Source: Thermoplasmatota archaeon
GTDB taxonomy: Archaea; Thermoplasmatota; Penumbrarchaeia; Penumbrarchaeales; Penumbrarchaeaceae
Direction: 5' to 3'
Length of the DNA stretch: 64,000 nucleotides
Assembly: GCA_046483845.1 (NCBI GenBank)
Contig: JAWOCK010000113.1
Coordinates: forward strand, 25,494 to 89,493
Position 1 is the first letter of the stretch, and each line of letters starts with the position of its first letter. Shown here piece after piece: positions 28,747 through 38,801 of this stretch. The translations under genes were made by a program, and so were the position numbers. The notes under the pieces were generated by a model, which saw nothing but the letters and a program-made list of their open reading frames with translations, was not told the DNA's origin and searched no databases.

Positions 28747-30888
28747 ATGGGCAGGGTACGGAGGTCTGCATACCGACAACCCGTGACCCCAAAGGGTCTC
28801 GAGGCCATCGAGAAGGGCACGCTCGAGTGGTTCGATACCGAGATGTACGGGAACCTCAACACGGAGGTCCTGGAGGAATACCTGGACCACAAGAACAGGA
28901 CCGCCAGTTTCGAAAGGTCTCATTTCAGCTGGAAGAAATTGATGCTCGTACTGATCGTGGTGGGCCTCCCCTTCACTCTGATCTCGCAGTACATAGCTCT
29001 GAAGATCGGTCTGGTGACCGGGGGAGCCTTCTATGTATCCTACCTCGTGGGTATGGCCCTGAGGTGGAAACCCACCCAGGTCAACATAGCGTCCGGTTCG
29101 GCCACAGCCACCGACAGGACCGTAACGGGTTTCGTTTTCACCTTCCCCGCCATATATCTACTTGCCTATTCCAAGCAGTACTTCATGTCCAACGGAGAGC
29201 CTTTGATCGATCCGATGATGATCGGGGACACCAACATCGTTCCGCTTGCAATGGTGGCAAGCCTCTTCGCTTCTCTCATGGGAATGATGTACTTCATCAT
29301 CTTCAGGAGGCTGTGGCAGGTAGAGGATCCTCTTCCGACACCGGGGTTCCAGGCATTCGTGAAGCTCCTGGACATCTCCAGCCATCTCTCCGGTGGGACC
29401 GCGCAGCAAGCAAGGAGATCCATAACCTTGGTCCTCAAATCCGCCGGGGCCATGTTCGCTTTTGCTTTCCTAAGGGATTTTCCCATATTAAGATCGGGAG
29501 GGGCAAAAGTAGCCGTTCTGGACAAGCTCGCTTCCATCATAAACCTGGACAATGTCTACACCCACGGCAGGCTGCACATCCCGTACTCATGGTCCAAGTA
29601 CACACATCTGTCCTATGAGCTCATGGGGATCAACTTCGCAATAGGCTGGTTCCTCAAGTTGAGGGCGTCCTTCATAGTTGCGGGAGGTTCCTTCGTCTCG
29701 TGGTTCTTCATCATACCACTGGCCGTCCTGCTGGATGTTCCCATATATATCCCGTACCTTGAGAAGTTCGGCGGGACCGGATATATATCGACCCACGTGC
29801 TTCCCATAGATCCCTCCAGCGAGCTTTTCGAGTACATACCGTATTTGGCTCCTTCATTCGGTGCGGCACAGGGAATAGCCAAAATAATCGCCATCGGGGC
29901 AATACTGGGGGGTGGGATCACCGCCCTGGCAAAGATGCTCCCCACCTTCAGGACCGTATTGATGGACATTACCAGGACCAAGGAAGGGGAAAAGAAGGAA
30001 TGGGTACCCGGCAAAGGCTGGTACGAATGGCCGACCCAGCACATAGGCATAGTCGTGGTCGTGGCCTTCGTCACCATAGGATGCGCTTTCTGGCTCTTCG
30101 GTGGGTTCCCCATCATACCTTCCTTTATCTTTTCGCTCCTCCTTGTTGTACTCACCTTCATGCTCGGGGCCATAGCGGTCAAGATCTCCGGCGAGGTGGG
30201 AACAACACCGGTATCGGGCACTTCCTTCCTCACACTGCTCCTTCTCTTCGGGGTCTTCTCCCTGATCCAGCTCCTGATCCCGAGCTCCTTCGGCTCCACG
30301 GGCCAGATGATCCTCATGGCACTGGTGGGGACCACGGTCTTCGGATCTGCAATATCACTTTCATCGGAGATCATGTGGGACTTCAAGGCCGGTCTCTACG
30401 CGGGAACCAGGCCCATGCACCTGATCAAGGGAGAAACCGTGGCCATAATCATCGGGACCCCGGCGGCCGCCCTTGCCGCAGCGTTCTTCTCCACCATGCT
30501 CGCCAACGGAACCCTGGCCCTCGAGGCTCCCCAGGCTCATGCTTTCGCTGTCTTCGTCCAGATCCTTGCAGGGGGCAAGGTCATGTTCACCCTCTTCTTC
30601 CTGGGCATCTTCATCGGCTTCACCGTTGAAATGCTCACCGGAATGGGTACTGCTTTTGGTCTGGGGATGTACCTTCCTTTACAGTATACATTGATGTTCA
30701 TAACGGGGGGCGCAGCCAGGGAGATCTGGGAAAAGAGATGGCTGAGCAGAAAGGCAAAGGAGAACAACTGGGGCGAAGAAAAGAAGACACTGAAGCTGCT
30801 GGATAGTTACATGCTCATGACCGGGCTCTACATAGCCGAGGCAGCCATCGGCATAATCCTTGCCGTATACGTCGTCATTTCCGGGTGA
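28747..30888 (+). CDS. OPT/YSL-family oligopeptide transporter
   Basis: YIALKIGL, FVFTFPA, TPVSG, DFKAG, APQA, GLGMYLP; many TM segments. Confidence 0.88.
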   Translation: MGRVRRSAYRQPVTPKGLEAIEKGTLEWFDTEMYGNLNTEVLEEYLDHKNRTASFERSHFSWKKLMLVLIVVGLPFTLISQYIALKIGLVTGGAFYVSYLVGMALRWKPTQVNIASGSATATDRTVTGFVFTFPAIYLLAYSKQYFMSNGEPLIDPMMIGDTNIVPLAMVASLFASLMGMMYFIIFRRLWQVEDPLPTPGFQAFVKLLDISSHLSGGTAQQARRSITLVLKSAGAMFAFAFLRDFPILRSGGAKVAVLDKLASIINLDNVYTHGRLHIPYSWSKYTHLSYELMGINFAIGWFLKLRASFIVAGGSFVSWFFIIPLAVLLDVPIYIPYLEKFGGTGYISTHVLPIDPSSELFEYIPYLAPSFGAAQGIAKIIAIGAILGGGITALAKMLPTFRTVLMDITRTKEGEKKEWVPGKGWYEWPTQHIGIVVVVAFVTIGCAFWLFGGFPIIPSFIFSLLLVVLTFMLGAIAVKISGEVGTTPVSGTSFLTLLLLFGVFSLIQLLIPSSFGSTGQMILMALVGTTVFGSAISLSSEIMWDFKAGLYAGTRPMHLIKGETVAIIIGTPAAALAAAFFSTMLANGTLALEAPQAHAFAVFVQILAGGKVMFTLFFLGIFIGFTVEMLTGMGTAFGLGMYLPLQYTLMFITGGAAREIWEKRWLSRKAKENNWGEEKKTLKLLDSYMLMTGLYIAEAAIGIILAVYVVISG

Positions 30889-30930
30889 TCCCCGAGCAAA
30901 TACCAAATACAAGAGCAATAATTCCAAGGC

Positions 30931-32001
30931 ATGGACAAGAAGAGAAAGGGCAGGATATTCAAACTGCTGATCCTTTTATTCTTCTTCGTCCTGGGTTGCA
31001 TCATAGTAATATCGGCCGGAGGAGACATCCTTGAGGAGATCAGGGGGCTCGATCCCTGGTTCCTGGGTCTTGCCATTACCTGTTACCTGGGCCTTCACCT
31101 GGCCTGGGGGATCAAGTTCTTCTTGCTGGTGAGAAGGAAGGTGAAGAGGGCATATTTCCCGTATGTACTGCTGGCGAACATGGCCGGCAACTTCATCAAC
31201 ATTACCACGCCCAGCGGAAGGATGGCGGGAGAGCCCGTCAGGGCGAGCACCATAGCTTCCCGTTACGGTGTCAGATTTTCCACTGTCTTTGCGGCCGCCA
31301 TGATGGACAAGGCCTCCCTCACCATAGCACTTCTGATCCTTCTCATACCCATGTCCATCTATGCCTCCGTCACCTTCAACCTGCCTCCGGCACTCCAGTA
31401 TATGACCATCGGGTTCGTTCTGTTCTGGCTCGTGATAGGTACCGCGTCCTACGTTATCTTCCGCAACCTGAAGGAGAGGAGGTCCATGAAGATGGGATCG
31501 TTCGTTCACAGGATCTCCAGGTTCTTCCTGGGAAAGAGGTCCAAGGACAAGGATTATTTCATCCGGAAGGCAAAGAGCGGTATCAGGGAGTTCAAGGAAT
31601 CCTTTGGATTCCTTGCAAAGAGCCCGATCTACATGGTCGTTGATGTCTTCCTGGGACTGTTGACCTACGGTTTCCGGTTCGCTGCAGCTTACATGTTCTT
31701 CCAGGCAGCGGGACACGACGTCGATCTGCTGCCCGTCGCCACGGTGGTGATGATAGCGTTCTCCATCGGTCTGATCTCCCAGATGCCTGGAATGATAGGT
31801 GTTGCCGAATCCACCATGTGGGGTCTTTACCTTGCGGTAGGGATCAGGCCAACTCTGGCCATAACCATATCCGTACTGACCCAGATGAACTCCTACATAT
31901 TCGAGATCGGGCTAGGTTATGTGGCGATGGTCGTCTTGAACATACTGCTATCCAGGTACAGGGCAAGAAAGAGGAGAGCATCAGCCCCTCAGGTCGCTTG
32001 A
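30931..32001 (+). CDS. UPF0104 / lysylphosphatidylglycerol-synthase-TM (flippase-like) membrane protein
   Basis: GNFINITTPSGRMAGEPVRA, PGMIGVAE. Confidence 0.85.
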   Translation: MDKKRKGRIFKLLILLFFFVLGCIIVISAGGDILEEIRGLDPWFLGLAITCYLGLHLAWGIKFFLLVRRKVKRAYFPYVLLANMAGNFINITTPSGRMAGEPVRASTIASRYGVRFSTVFAAAMMDKASLTIALLILLIPMSIYASVTFNLPPALQYMTIGFVLFWLVIGTASYVIFRNLKERRSMKMGSFVHRISRFFLGKRSKDKDYFIRKAKSGIREFKESFGFLAKSPIYMVVDVFLGLLTYGFRFAAAYMFFQAAGHDVDLLPVATVVMIAFSIGLISQMPGMIGVAESTMWGLYLAVGIRPTLAITISVLTQMNSYIFEIGLGYVAMVVLNILLSRYRARKRRASAPQVA

Positions 32002-32349
32002 GGTCCTGTCGATGACATCCATCATCTCCCCGTACCACTCATCCACCATCTCCCTGAGGATCTCCTGGACCTTTTCAGGGGACAGCGCCCGGTATGTGTG
32101 GAATATCCCACCGCCGCGGCGATTGTGGAGTTCCTTTTCAACGATGCCGCTGGAGACAAGATTTGTGAGGCTCCTGTATGCGGTGGACCTGTCCCTGGAG
32201 ATCCGCTCGCCTATCTCCTGGGGTGTTCCGGCTCCGCTGTCAACGAGCTCCTTGTAGACGTTAACGTCAAGTGGTGAGAGGTCGAAGAAGCATCTCAATG
32301 CGTTATCACAGTTGGCCCCTGCGCCCCTTGGAAATTCAAGCTTTGTCAT
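31981..32349 (-). CDS. TrmB-like HTH transcriptional regulator
   Basis: CFFDLSPLD..VY, RDRSTAYRSL..LV..GIV, GG..HTY. Confidence 0.82.
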   Translation of the reverse strand: MTKLEFPRGAGANCDNALRCFFDLSPLDVNVYKELVDSGAGTPQEIGERISRDRSTAYRSLTNLVSSGIVEKELHNRRGGGIFHTYRALSPEKVQEILREMVDEWYGEMMDVIDRTSSDLRG

Positions 32350-32460
32350 AAAGGTCCTCCGGGATCTCTTTTCACAATTTGTGGAAGAAGATCAAGGACA
32401 CCAAATAGTTTTCGCCTGTTCGCTATCTCTGCACAAACGTTTAATACACTGGATGCATGG

Positions 32461-32811
32461 ATGATGATGTTGGTCAAGATGACAGGTACCGATGACAGGA
32501 TAGTGGACCTCAGCGAGGATGGATTCGACGGTTTTGTCAAGGAGAACAAGGTGGTCCTGGTGGATCTCTGGGCAGGGTGGTGCATGCCCTGCACCATGCA
32601 GGGCAAGATGATAGAGCAGAAACTGGACCAAATGCCCGCCGGGGCAAAGGTGGCAAAGGTCAACGTCGACGAGAACCCCGGCATAGCAAGGAAGTTCAAT
32701 GTCAGGGGCATACCCCAGATGTACCTTCTGGTAAACGGAGAGACCGTCAAGGGCTGGACCGGGGTAACCCCCGCGGAGGTCATCTTCTCCGAGATGGAAA
32801 AGCACCTCTAG
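32461..32811 (+). CDS. trxA: Thioredoxin
   Basis: VDLWAGWCMPC, KVNVDENP, VRGIP; start may be ATG 32479. Confidence 0.9.
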   Translation: MMMLVKMTGTDDRIVDLSEDGFDGFVKENKVVLVDLWAGWCMPCTMQGKMIEQKLDQMPAGAKVAKVNVDENPGIARKFNVRGIPQMYLLVNGETVKGWTGVTPAEVIFSEMEKHL

Positions 32812-33926
32812 ATCTCCAGCACCGAACAGTCCCTGAGGTATGGTGAGTTGAGATCGGTCATCTCGCCCACGCTCCTGTCCGGTATCGGAAGGAGCCTTGC
32901 CGAAAGAGGCTTTCTCCACTTGTGAGAAAGAGATGACATGTCCAGTATGGCGCTTGCCAGTTTAGGGACCGGAGTGCTGCCCGGAACGGGGACCGCGTCG
33001 AGACCTGTCCCGCAGACGGATGAGTAAAGAAGAAGGTTCTGGACGCCGTAGGAGCCTTTATCCGCTCCGCGTCCCAGCCCTTCGTCCTCCAGCACCGGAA
33101 GCATCAGTCCCGAATAACCGCACCGGGGAGCCTCTACATTATCTATGGCCCTGGTCAGTTCCGAGCAGGCCGAGAGCGTACCCGTGGTGCCAAAAGGGGA
33201 CCCGATCATGTTCTCCACGGCGAGAGCGATAGAACAGGCGGGCTCGAGGGCGGGGGCAAGTGACAGGTCAATACCCTTGAAATGGGGTGTTCCTTCCAGT
33301 TCCCTGATGATGTGCTCGCTATCGTTCTGGAGCAGATGGGTGAGCATCTTTCCGGATTCATTGAGACTGCTGGCCCTTTCCGACGACCTCATGACCAGAT
33401 CGCCGTTCTCGAGGGCAGCAGTGATCGATGGCGGGCCCCGAGAATGATAGGCAGCGGGAAAGAACGGTATATCCTGGGGACAACATGCTATGGACGCGAA
33501 CATGAAGTTCTTGGAACCGTCCCTTGCGATCCTCGATATGTCCCTCACGGCCCTGGCTGCCGCCAGTGAGTTTTCGGGTAGAACCCCCTCTCCGGTGGCA
33601 ACAACGGCGGAGCAGCAGGTCCGGGAGCTTTTCTCTATCATCTCCGGGACCATGCCTATCTGCTGCGGGTCCCTGCATGGCCCCACGGAGACGAAATCGA
33701 TGCCGTTCATCCCTGCAAGGTCCTCAAGATCGAGCACCAGTGACAGTAATCCGTCACCTTGTACGGACCTCCACAGATCCGTGCTCACCCTTAATGTCTG
33801 GACCTCCACACCGGCCCTCTCCAGTATCTCCCTGTCCCTGTGAAGGACCATGGAGATCTCCTGGAAGGTCCCTTTTGTGAATATTTCCCCCGGACCGATT
33901 CCCGCTGTCAGGGACCTTACTCTCAT
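32808..33926 (-). CDS. DUF711 (UPF0210) family protein
   Basis: VQTLRVS, IPFFPAAYH, GIDLSLAP, GYSGLMLPVLED, SVCGTGLDAVP. Confidence 0.85.
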   Translation of the reverse strand: MRVRSLTAGIGPGEIFTKGTFQEISMVLHRDREILERAGVEVQTLRVSTDLWRSVQGDGLLSLVLDLEDLAGMNGIDFVSVGPCRDPQQIGMVPEMIEKSSRTCCSAVVATGEGVLPENSLAAARAVRDISRIARDGSKNFMFASIACCPQDIPFFPAAYHSRGPPSITAALENGDLVMRSSERASSLNESGKMLTHLLQNDSEHIIRELEGTPHFKGIDLSLAPALEPACSIALAVENMIGSPFGTTGTLSACSELTRAIDNVEAPRCGYSGLMLPVLEDEGLGRGADKGSYGVQNLLLYSSVCGTGLDAVPVPGSTPVPKLASAILDMSSLSHKWRKPLSARLLPIPDRSVGEMTDLNSPYLRDCSVLEI

Positions 33927-33975
33927 AAGGAGGGAATGGAAAAGGTTCGACTAAAGCATTTTCGATAAAAGGCGT

Positions 33976-34464
33976 TCAATATTCCCAGATGGAGACCGTG
34001 GAGCCATGATCGATATTGTTTGAGAAGGAGAGTCCTTTGTTCATCTCTATGACGTATCTGCATTCCTCCTCACTGGAATATATCTCAAGCTGGTCCTCCG
34101 GGACCCCGTCCCCGGGATCCGCCTGCTCCACCTTGATGACATTGAAATCAATATCGACAAAGACTATGTCCAGGGGAATTGAGGTGTTCTTCATCCATAT
34201 GTCCACCACCCGGGGGACCTCATAATAGAACAGCATACCCCTGTCCCTGGGGAGCTCCTTTCGGTCCATCAGACCCTTCTCCCTCTCCTCCCTGGTATCG
34301 GCTATCTCACAGTCGATGGAGAGCACCAGCTGATCATCCGTGTAGAAGTTGACCTGTGCCAGCCCGCTCTTGTCCTCCGTCTCATCATCTCCGAGACAGG
34401 CGGAAAGAGGGGATATGAGAATTATCAGAACGAAGGCCGATCTTGTATCCATCCTGCTCACCAT
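33976..34464 (-). CDS. DUF192-family exported protein
   Basis: EIADT..ERE.GLMDR, GMLF, WMKNTSIPLDIVF, YVIEMNKG; start uncertain (34464 or 34452). Confidence 0.88.
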   Translation of the reverse strand: MVSRMDTRSAFVLIILISPLSACLGDDETEDKSGLAQVNFYTDDQLVLSIDCEIADTREEREKGLMDRKELPRDRGMLFYYEVPRVVDIWMKNTSIPLDIVFVDIDFNVIKVEQADPGDGVPEDQLEIYSSEEECRYVIEMNKGLSFSNNIDHGSTVSIWEY

Positions 34465-34617
34465 GACGGTTTTTGGTCTCTTTTTCAACATATTCAGGAG
34501 GGGATATATAATGATGTTTCCTGCTCATTTCAACCTTTATCCTAAAGATAATAAAGACCGTCAGATGAAATGATCGGCGTACCGGTCAGAGCGGGAGGCC
34601 TGTCGGAAGAGGGAGAG

Positions 34618-34639
34618 GGGGGATGTTCGTACATCCCCC
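34618..34639 (-). terminator. GC-rich hairpin just downstream of fprA
   Basis: GGGGGATGT-tcgt-ACATCCCCC; followed by a pyrimidine run but no clear U tract. Confidence 0.4.
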
Positions 34640-34651
34640 GACATTTAGCTT

Positions 34652-35848
34652 TCAGCAGGAGAGCTGTTTTATCTCCTCGGCCATTTTCCTTGCCAACTCG
34701 TCCAACTGTTCAAGCTGTTCTTCCGTTGCGGCACCCATGGCCTCCACCACGGGGTCCAACTTCCTGCAGAAGGAACTCTCCGCGAACTCGTTGAGCCCCT
34801 TCACACCACCGCCGCCCCAGCCGCAGGAACCGAACACACCTATCACATGGTTCTTGATCCTGGACTTGGAGAGGAAGTGTACGAAAGCGTCCACAGGAGG
34901 GAATATCCCTGTATTGTACGTGGGGGTCCCGATCACGAGTCCCCTGTACTTCCAGGCCTCGTTCACGAGGTATGACATATGGGTCTTCGAAGCATCCAGG
35001 ACGCGGATCTTCTCCACACCTTCCTCCGCCAACGTCCGTGCTATCCTGTCTGCCATCTTCTTGGTATTGCCGTACATGGAGCCGTAGATGATCACAACAC
35101 CTTCTTCTGCATCCATTGATGAGAGCCTGTCATAATAATCGATGATATATCCCGGGTCCTCTCTCCAGATCGGACCGTGGGTAGGGCAGACGATATCGAT
35201 ATCCAGACCGGAAAGCTTCCTCAGGGCTGCCTGGACCATGGGGGAATATTTCGCCACGATATTGGTGTAGTACCTGCTGATCTCGTCCTCGAAGAACTCC
35301 AGGTTGAGCTCATCATCGAAGATACCTCCATCCAATGTGCCGAAACCTCCGAAAGCGTCCCCCGAGAAGAGTATCCTGTCCTTGGTATCGTAGGTCATCA
35401 TGGTCTCCGGCCAGTGGACCATTGGGGTCATATGGAACCTGAGCTTCCTGGAACCGAGGTCTATCTCATCTTCGTCATCGATGACATGCACGTTCTTGGT
35501 GATACCATAGAAGTTCTCGAGGAACTTCGCGGTCTTCCTGTTCCCGACGATCTTGATGTCGGGAAAGACATCCAGGAGTGCTGTAATAGAGCCCGAATGA
35601 TCGGGTTCCATGTGGTTGATGACAAGGTAGTCTATCCTGTCCCCTGCAAGCTTCTTTATCTTGTCGAGATACGGAGAGGTCACCGTGAACTTCACCGTAT
35701 CGATCAGGGCTATCCTCTCATCCTTTATGACATAAGCATTGTATGAAACCCCATGAGGCAGGGGCCACAGGGACTCAAAGAGATGGGTCTCCCTATCATT
35801 GATCCCGACCCAGTAGACGTCTTCATTTATTGGAATGGGCTTGTCCAT
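34652..35848 (-). CDS. fprA: Flavodiiron protein (FprA, O2/NO reductase)
   Basis: NHMEPDHSG, HWPETM, SGDAFG, PTHGPIW, flavodoxin motif YGSMYGNT. Confidence 0.95.
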   Translation of the reverse strand: MDKPIPINEDVYWVGINDRETHLFESLWPLPHGVSYNAYVIKDERIALIDTVKFTVTSPYLDKIKKLAGDRIDYLVINHMEPDHSGSITALLDVFPDIKIVGNRKTAKFLENFYGITKNVHVIDDEDEIDLGSRKLRFHMTPMVHWPETMMTYDTKDRILFSGDAFGGFGTLDGGIFDDELNLEFFEDEISRYYTNIVAKYSPMVQAALRKLSGLDIDIVCPTHGPIWREDPGYIIDYYDRLSSMDAEEGVVIIYGSMYGNTKKMADRIARTLAEEGVEKIRVLDASKTHMSYLVNEAWKYRGLVIGTPTYNTGIFPPVDAFVHFLSKSRIKNHVIGVFGSCGWGGGGVKGLNEFAESSFCRKLDPVVEAMGAATEEQLEQLDELARKMAEEIKQLSC

Positions 35849-36053
35849 TTTCAGCTCTCCTTCTGGTTATGGGAGAAAAATATTCATATTTAAGGATTGA
35901 GCATTCATTGTATGTTCGAAGATGCTGCAGACCAAAGACGGAAGTCTCTCTTTTGTATCGGTTGTTATCGACTATAAGATCATACGGACCACCCCGTAGC
36001 GGAAATCCTTAATAACAAGGATTTCATTGAGCGCCAAAAAGAGGCGGTTCCAA

Positions 36054-36224
36054 ATGCTTCAAAAAGAAAATAGGTGCACTTCCTGCGGAGTTCCCATAGA
36101 GGCTCCCAAATCCGTCAAGTTCAGATGCCCCAAATGCTTCGAGGCCGATATAATCAGATGCGGCCAGTGCAGGGACCAATCTGCAAAGTATATATGTCCT
36201 GGCTGCGGTTTCCAGGGACCTTGA
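36054..36224 (+). CDS. Small Zn-ribbon protein (DUF1610/HVO_2753-like)
   Basis: Four CxxC pairs ending CPGCGFQGP; conserved position upstream of aEF-1beta. Confidence 0.88.
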   Translation: MLQKENRCTSCGVPIEAPKSVKFRCPKCFEADIIRCGQCRDQSAKYICPGCGFQGP

Positions 36225-36236
36225 GGGGTGAACATA

Positions 36237-36503
36237 ATGGGAGATGTCCTCATAAGGTACAAGATAATGCCCACCGGTCCGGACGTGGACCTGGAAGAGG
36301 TGTCCGAAAAGTTCGCGAACTACGTTCCGGACCACGGGCGTGTTTCCAGCTCCGAGGTCAAACCCGCGTTCTTCGGGCTGAAAATGCTCGAATGGGGTGT
36401 TGTCCTGGACGACAAGAAGGGTGGAGGAGAGGAGCTCGAGAAGAAGCTCAACGAGACAGAGGGCGTCCAGTCAGTGGAGGTCCTGGAGATGGGACTTCTG
36501 TAG
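36237..36503 (+). CDS. ef1b: Translation elongation factor aEF-1beta
   Basis: MGDVLIRYKIMP, PAFFGLK, EGVQSVEV. Confidence 0.92.
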   Translation: MGDVLIRYKIMPTGPDVDLEEVSEKFANYVPDHGRVSSSEVKPAFFGLKMLEWGVVLDDKKGGGEELEKKLNETEGVQSVEVLEMGLL

Positions 36504-36510
36504 GTAGAAC

Positions 36511-36870
36511 ATGTTCGTGAAAGGCAAGGTACCTGTGAACCCCACGGAGGACCCGGAGAAGGTCCGGACCTGTATAACCAATATATTCCCGGATGCGGAA
36601 CCGGTCCGTTGTGATCATCTACTTGAATTTACAACGGACTCATTGGATGCCTTCGTGAACAAGGTCACCGACCAAAAGATCAGGAATACATCGATCATGG
36701 TACTGGAGTCCGGCCTGCACGACGACAGCACCGTTTTTTCCCTGAATAAGCAGGCCTGTGCCGTAGAGCGGGTCAACTTCACCGACCAGGGAACCCTGGG
36801 TGTTGTGAGAATAGAGGTGAAAGAGGGTGCCAAGGAACTAATTGATATGCTGGATCCGGACCCTGAATAG
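36511..36870 (+). CDS. UPF0201-family putative RNA-binding protein
   Basis: VNPTEDPEKV, QKIRNT, LNKQAC, GTLG. Confidence 0.8.
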   Translation: MFVKGKVPVNPTEDPEKVRTCITNIFPDAEPVRCDHLLEFTTDSLDAFVNKVTDQKIRNTSIMVLESGLHDDSTVFSLNKQACAVERVNFTDQGTLGVVRIEVKEGAKELIDMLDPDPE

Positions 36871-36920
36871 GACAGGATTGTTCAACACCTCTTATATACC
36901 TTCGAGAACGATCTTACCCC

Positions 36921-38645
36921 ATGGAGTACTGGAAGTGCCCTGCCCGTATACCCCTGCTGTTGATTCCAGCGGCAGTCATATTCCTGCTGTTTGTGGTCTC
37001 CTCTGACGGGGGAGCCGTATCCACGGCAGTCATTGATATCGAGCAGGATTCCATCCGGATCGATGTTTCCGGAAGATCCCACGCTGTGGAGAGCGTCGAT
37101 GTAACGGTCAGGTCCACCTCCGCGCGAAATGTCATCCTTGATGTGTCCTACGATCTTGTGGCTCCTCCCACATGGTCAGTGGACGGTCCCGGGAAGCTCT
37201 TCATGGAGCCGCTCTCCAGGAAAAATTTCCAGGTGGACATCATAGTTCCTCCCGGGGAGCTCGCGGAACTCGAAGGAGAGATGACCATATCGGCTTCGGT
37301 GGAAGGGGATCCCGGGATGGATGTGGGCTCGGATTCCGTATCCATACGAATAAAGGAGTTCCGCAGGATCGTTCCCCTTGTGGATGACGATTATATATCG
37401 GACCTTCCCCCGCAGGGGGAGCTCGAACTCAAGATGGAGAACCTGGGCAACGTGGAGACCCGTTTCCTTCTCCTTGAGATGAACGGACCGAATACAATGC
37501 CCGGTGCGGGTGATGGCATGGTACTGGCTCCTGGTGAGATAGGTGCCTTCACCCTTGAATATTCACTTGATGAGACCGCCGGGGAGCAGACAATGGAGCT
37601 TTCCTCCTATCTTTCGGATGGGACCGTTCAGGAGAATTTTCTCTCCCTGAGGTTCATAAGGGACGGGGATCTCTTCCATCTCTTGTTCAGAAATGGCCCT
37701 TTCCTTATCATCTCACCGACCATCGACCCCGATGATGATCGGATATCCGTCTTTTCATTGGATGGTGATCTTGAAAATATCGGTCTCGAGATCGTGGACG
37801 GGCCCCCGGAAGCCTACATTGAGATGGGGGCCGGACCGGACCTCGAGAATCTGGACAGAAAGGAGATCTCCTTCCGGGCCGGGGGTTTTACCGGGGCGGA
37901 GGTCCTGAAGGTCCGTGCCTATGGTTTCAGCAAAGATGGCAGGGTATATTCCAATACCATTTTCGTTACGGTCAGGTCGTCGGGCGGGTCCGGGGCCCCT
38001 TTTATATCCACCCGAGCTGCAGTTGCCGGGGGAAGCACCGTAGCGGCCGTGACACTGACGGCGGGCACGGCAGCCTATCTCTACTCCGCTTCGGAGGTCT
38101 TCCGCTACAAGTGGCTTCTACTTGCCCTCGTTCCTCTTTATTCCATGACCAAAGGGGAGAAAATACTGGACCATTTCTTCCGCGGGCGGCTCTTCGAGCA
38201 CATCAGGGAGAATCCCGGTGTGACGTTCACTGCCTTGAAGGAACATTTCGATGTTAACAACGGGACCCTGACATACCACCTGCACAGGCTCGAGAGGGAG
38301 GAGTTGATAACCTACCGCAATCTCGGCAAGTACAAGATGTTCTACGCTGAGGGTATGAGGATCCGTGGATGCGAGGTGGTGATATCACCCTTGGATAGGG
38401 AGATGCTGGGTATGATCTCGGATAATCCTGGAATGACGACAAAACAGGTGATCACCTCAATGAAGGGGATAAGGTCCCAGCGGACGATCTCAAGGCATAT
38501 CAAACAGCTGGAGAGAAAAGGATTCCTCGTTGTTGAAAGAACCCACGGAGCACGTAGACTGTTCGTCTCCGAGGATATGGAAAGGGTCCTGATGCCGCAT
38601 CGAGGGGTCATGGAGGCAGTGGATGTCATAGGGAGCAGGGGATAA
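36921..38645 (+). CDS. Membrane-tethered regulator: extracellular Ig-like region, TM segment, cytoplasmic tandem winged-helix domains
   Basis: Signal peptide; NLGNVET Ig-like motif; PLYS...LDHFFRGRLFEHIRENPG...NGTLTYHLHRLERE; second wHTH SQRTISRHIKQLE. Confidence 0.78.
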   Translation: MEYWKCPARIPLLLIPAAVIFLLFVVSSDGGAVSTAVIDIEQDSIRIDVSGRSHAVESVDVTVRSTSARNVILDVSYDLVAPPTWSVDGPGKLFMEPLSRKNFQVDIIVPPGELAELEGEMTISASVEGDPGMDVGSDSVSIRIKEFRRIVPLVDDDYISDLPPQGELELKMENLGNVETRFLLLEMNGPNTMPGAGDGMVLAPGEIGAFTLEYSLDETAGEQTMELSSYLSDGTVQENFLSLRFIRDGDLFHLLFRNGPFLIISPTIDPDDDRISVFSLDGDLENIGLEIVDGPPEAYIEMGAGPDLENLDRKEISFRAGGFTGAEVLKVRAYGFSKDGRVYSNTIFVTVRSSGGSGAPFISTRAAVAGGSTVAAVTLTAGTAAYLYSASEVFRYKWLLLALVPLYSMTKGEKILDHFFRGRLFEHIRENPGVTFTALKEHFDVNNGTLTYHLHRLEREELITYRNLGKYKMFYAEGMRIRGCEVVISPLDREMLGMISDNPGMTTKQVITSMKGIRSQRTISRHIKQLERKGFLVVERTHGARRLFVSEDMERVLMPHRGVMEAVDVIGSRG

Positions 38646-38683
38646 AGCCAGGACCAAAACGTTCCATCTGTTTTCATGATAAC

Positions 38684-38691
38684 TTTAAATA
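38684..38691 (+). promoter_or_regulatory. TATA box of tRNA-Asn
   Basis: TTTAAATA about 35-40 nt upstream of the mature 5' end. Confidence 0.55.
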
Positions 38692-38724
38692 ACATTTCAT
38701 TATATTCCCGGCTACCCAAACGAC

Positions 38725-38801
38725 GCCGCAGTAGCTTAGCAGGTTAGAGCGTACGGCTGTTAACCGTAAGGTCGTCGGTTCGAATCCGCCCTGCGGCGCC
38801 A
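38725..38801 (+). tRNA. tRNA-Asn(GUU), CCA encoded
   Basis: GCCGCAG/CTGCGGC acceptor stem, anticodon arm TACGG-CTGTTAA-CCGTA, T loop TTCGAAT, G discriminator. Confidence 0.96.
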
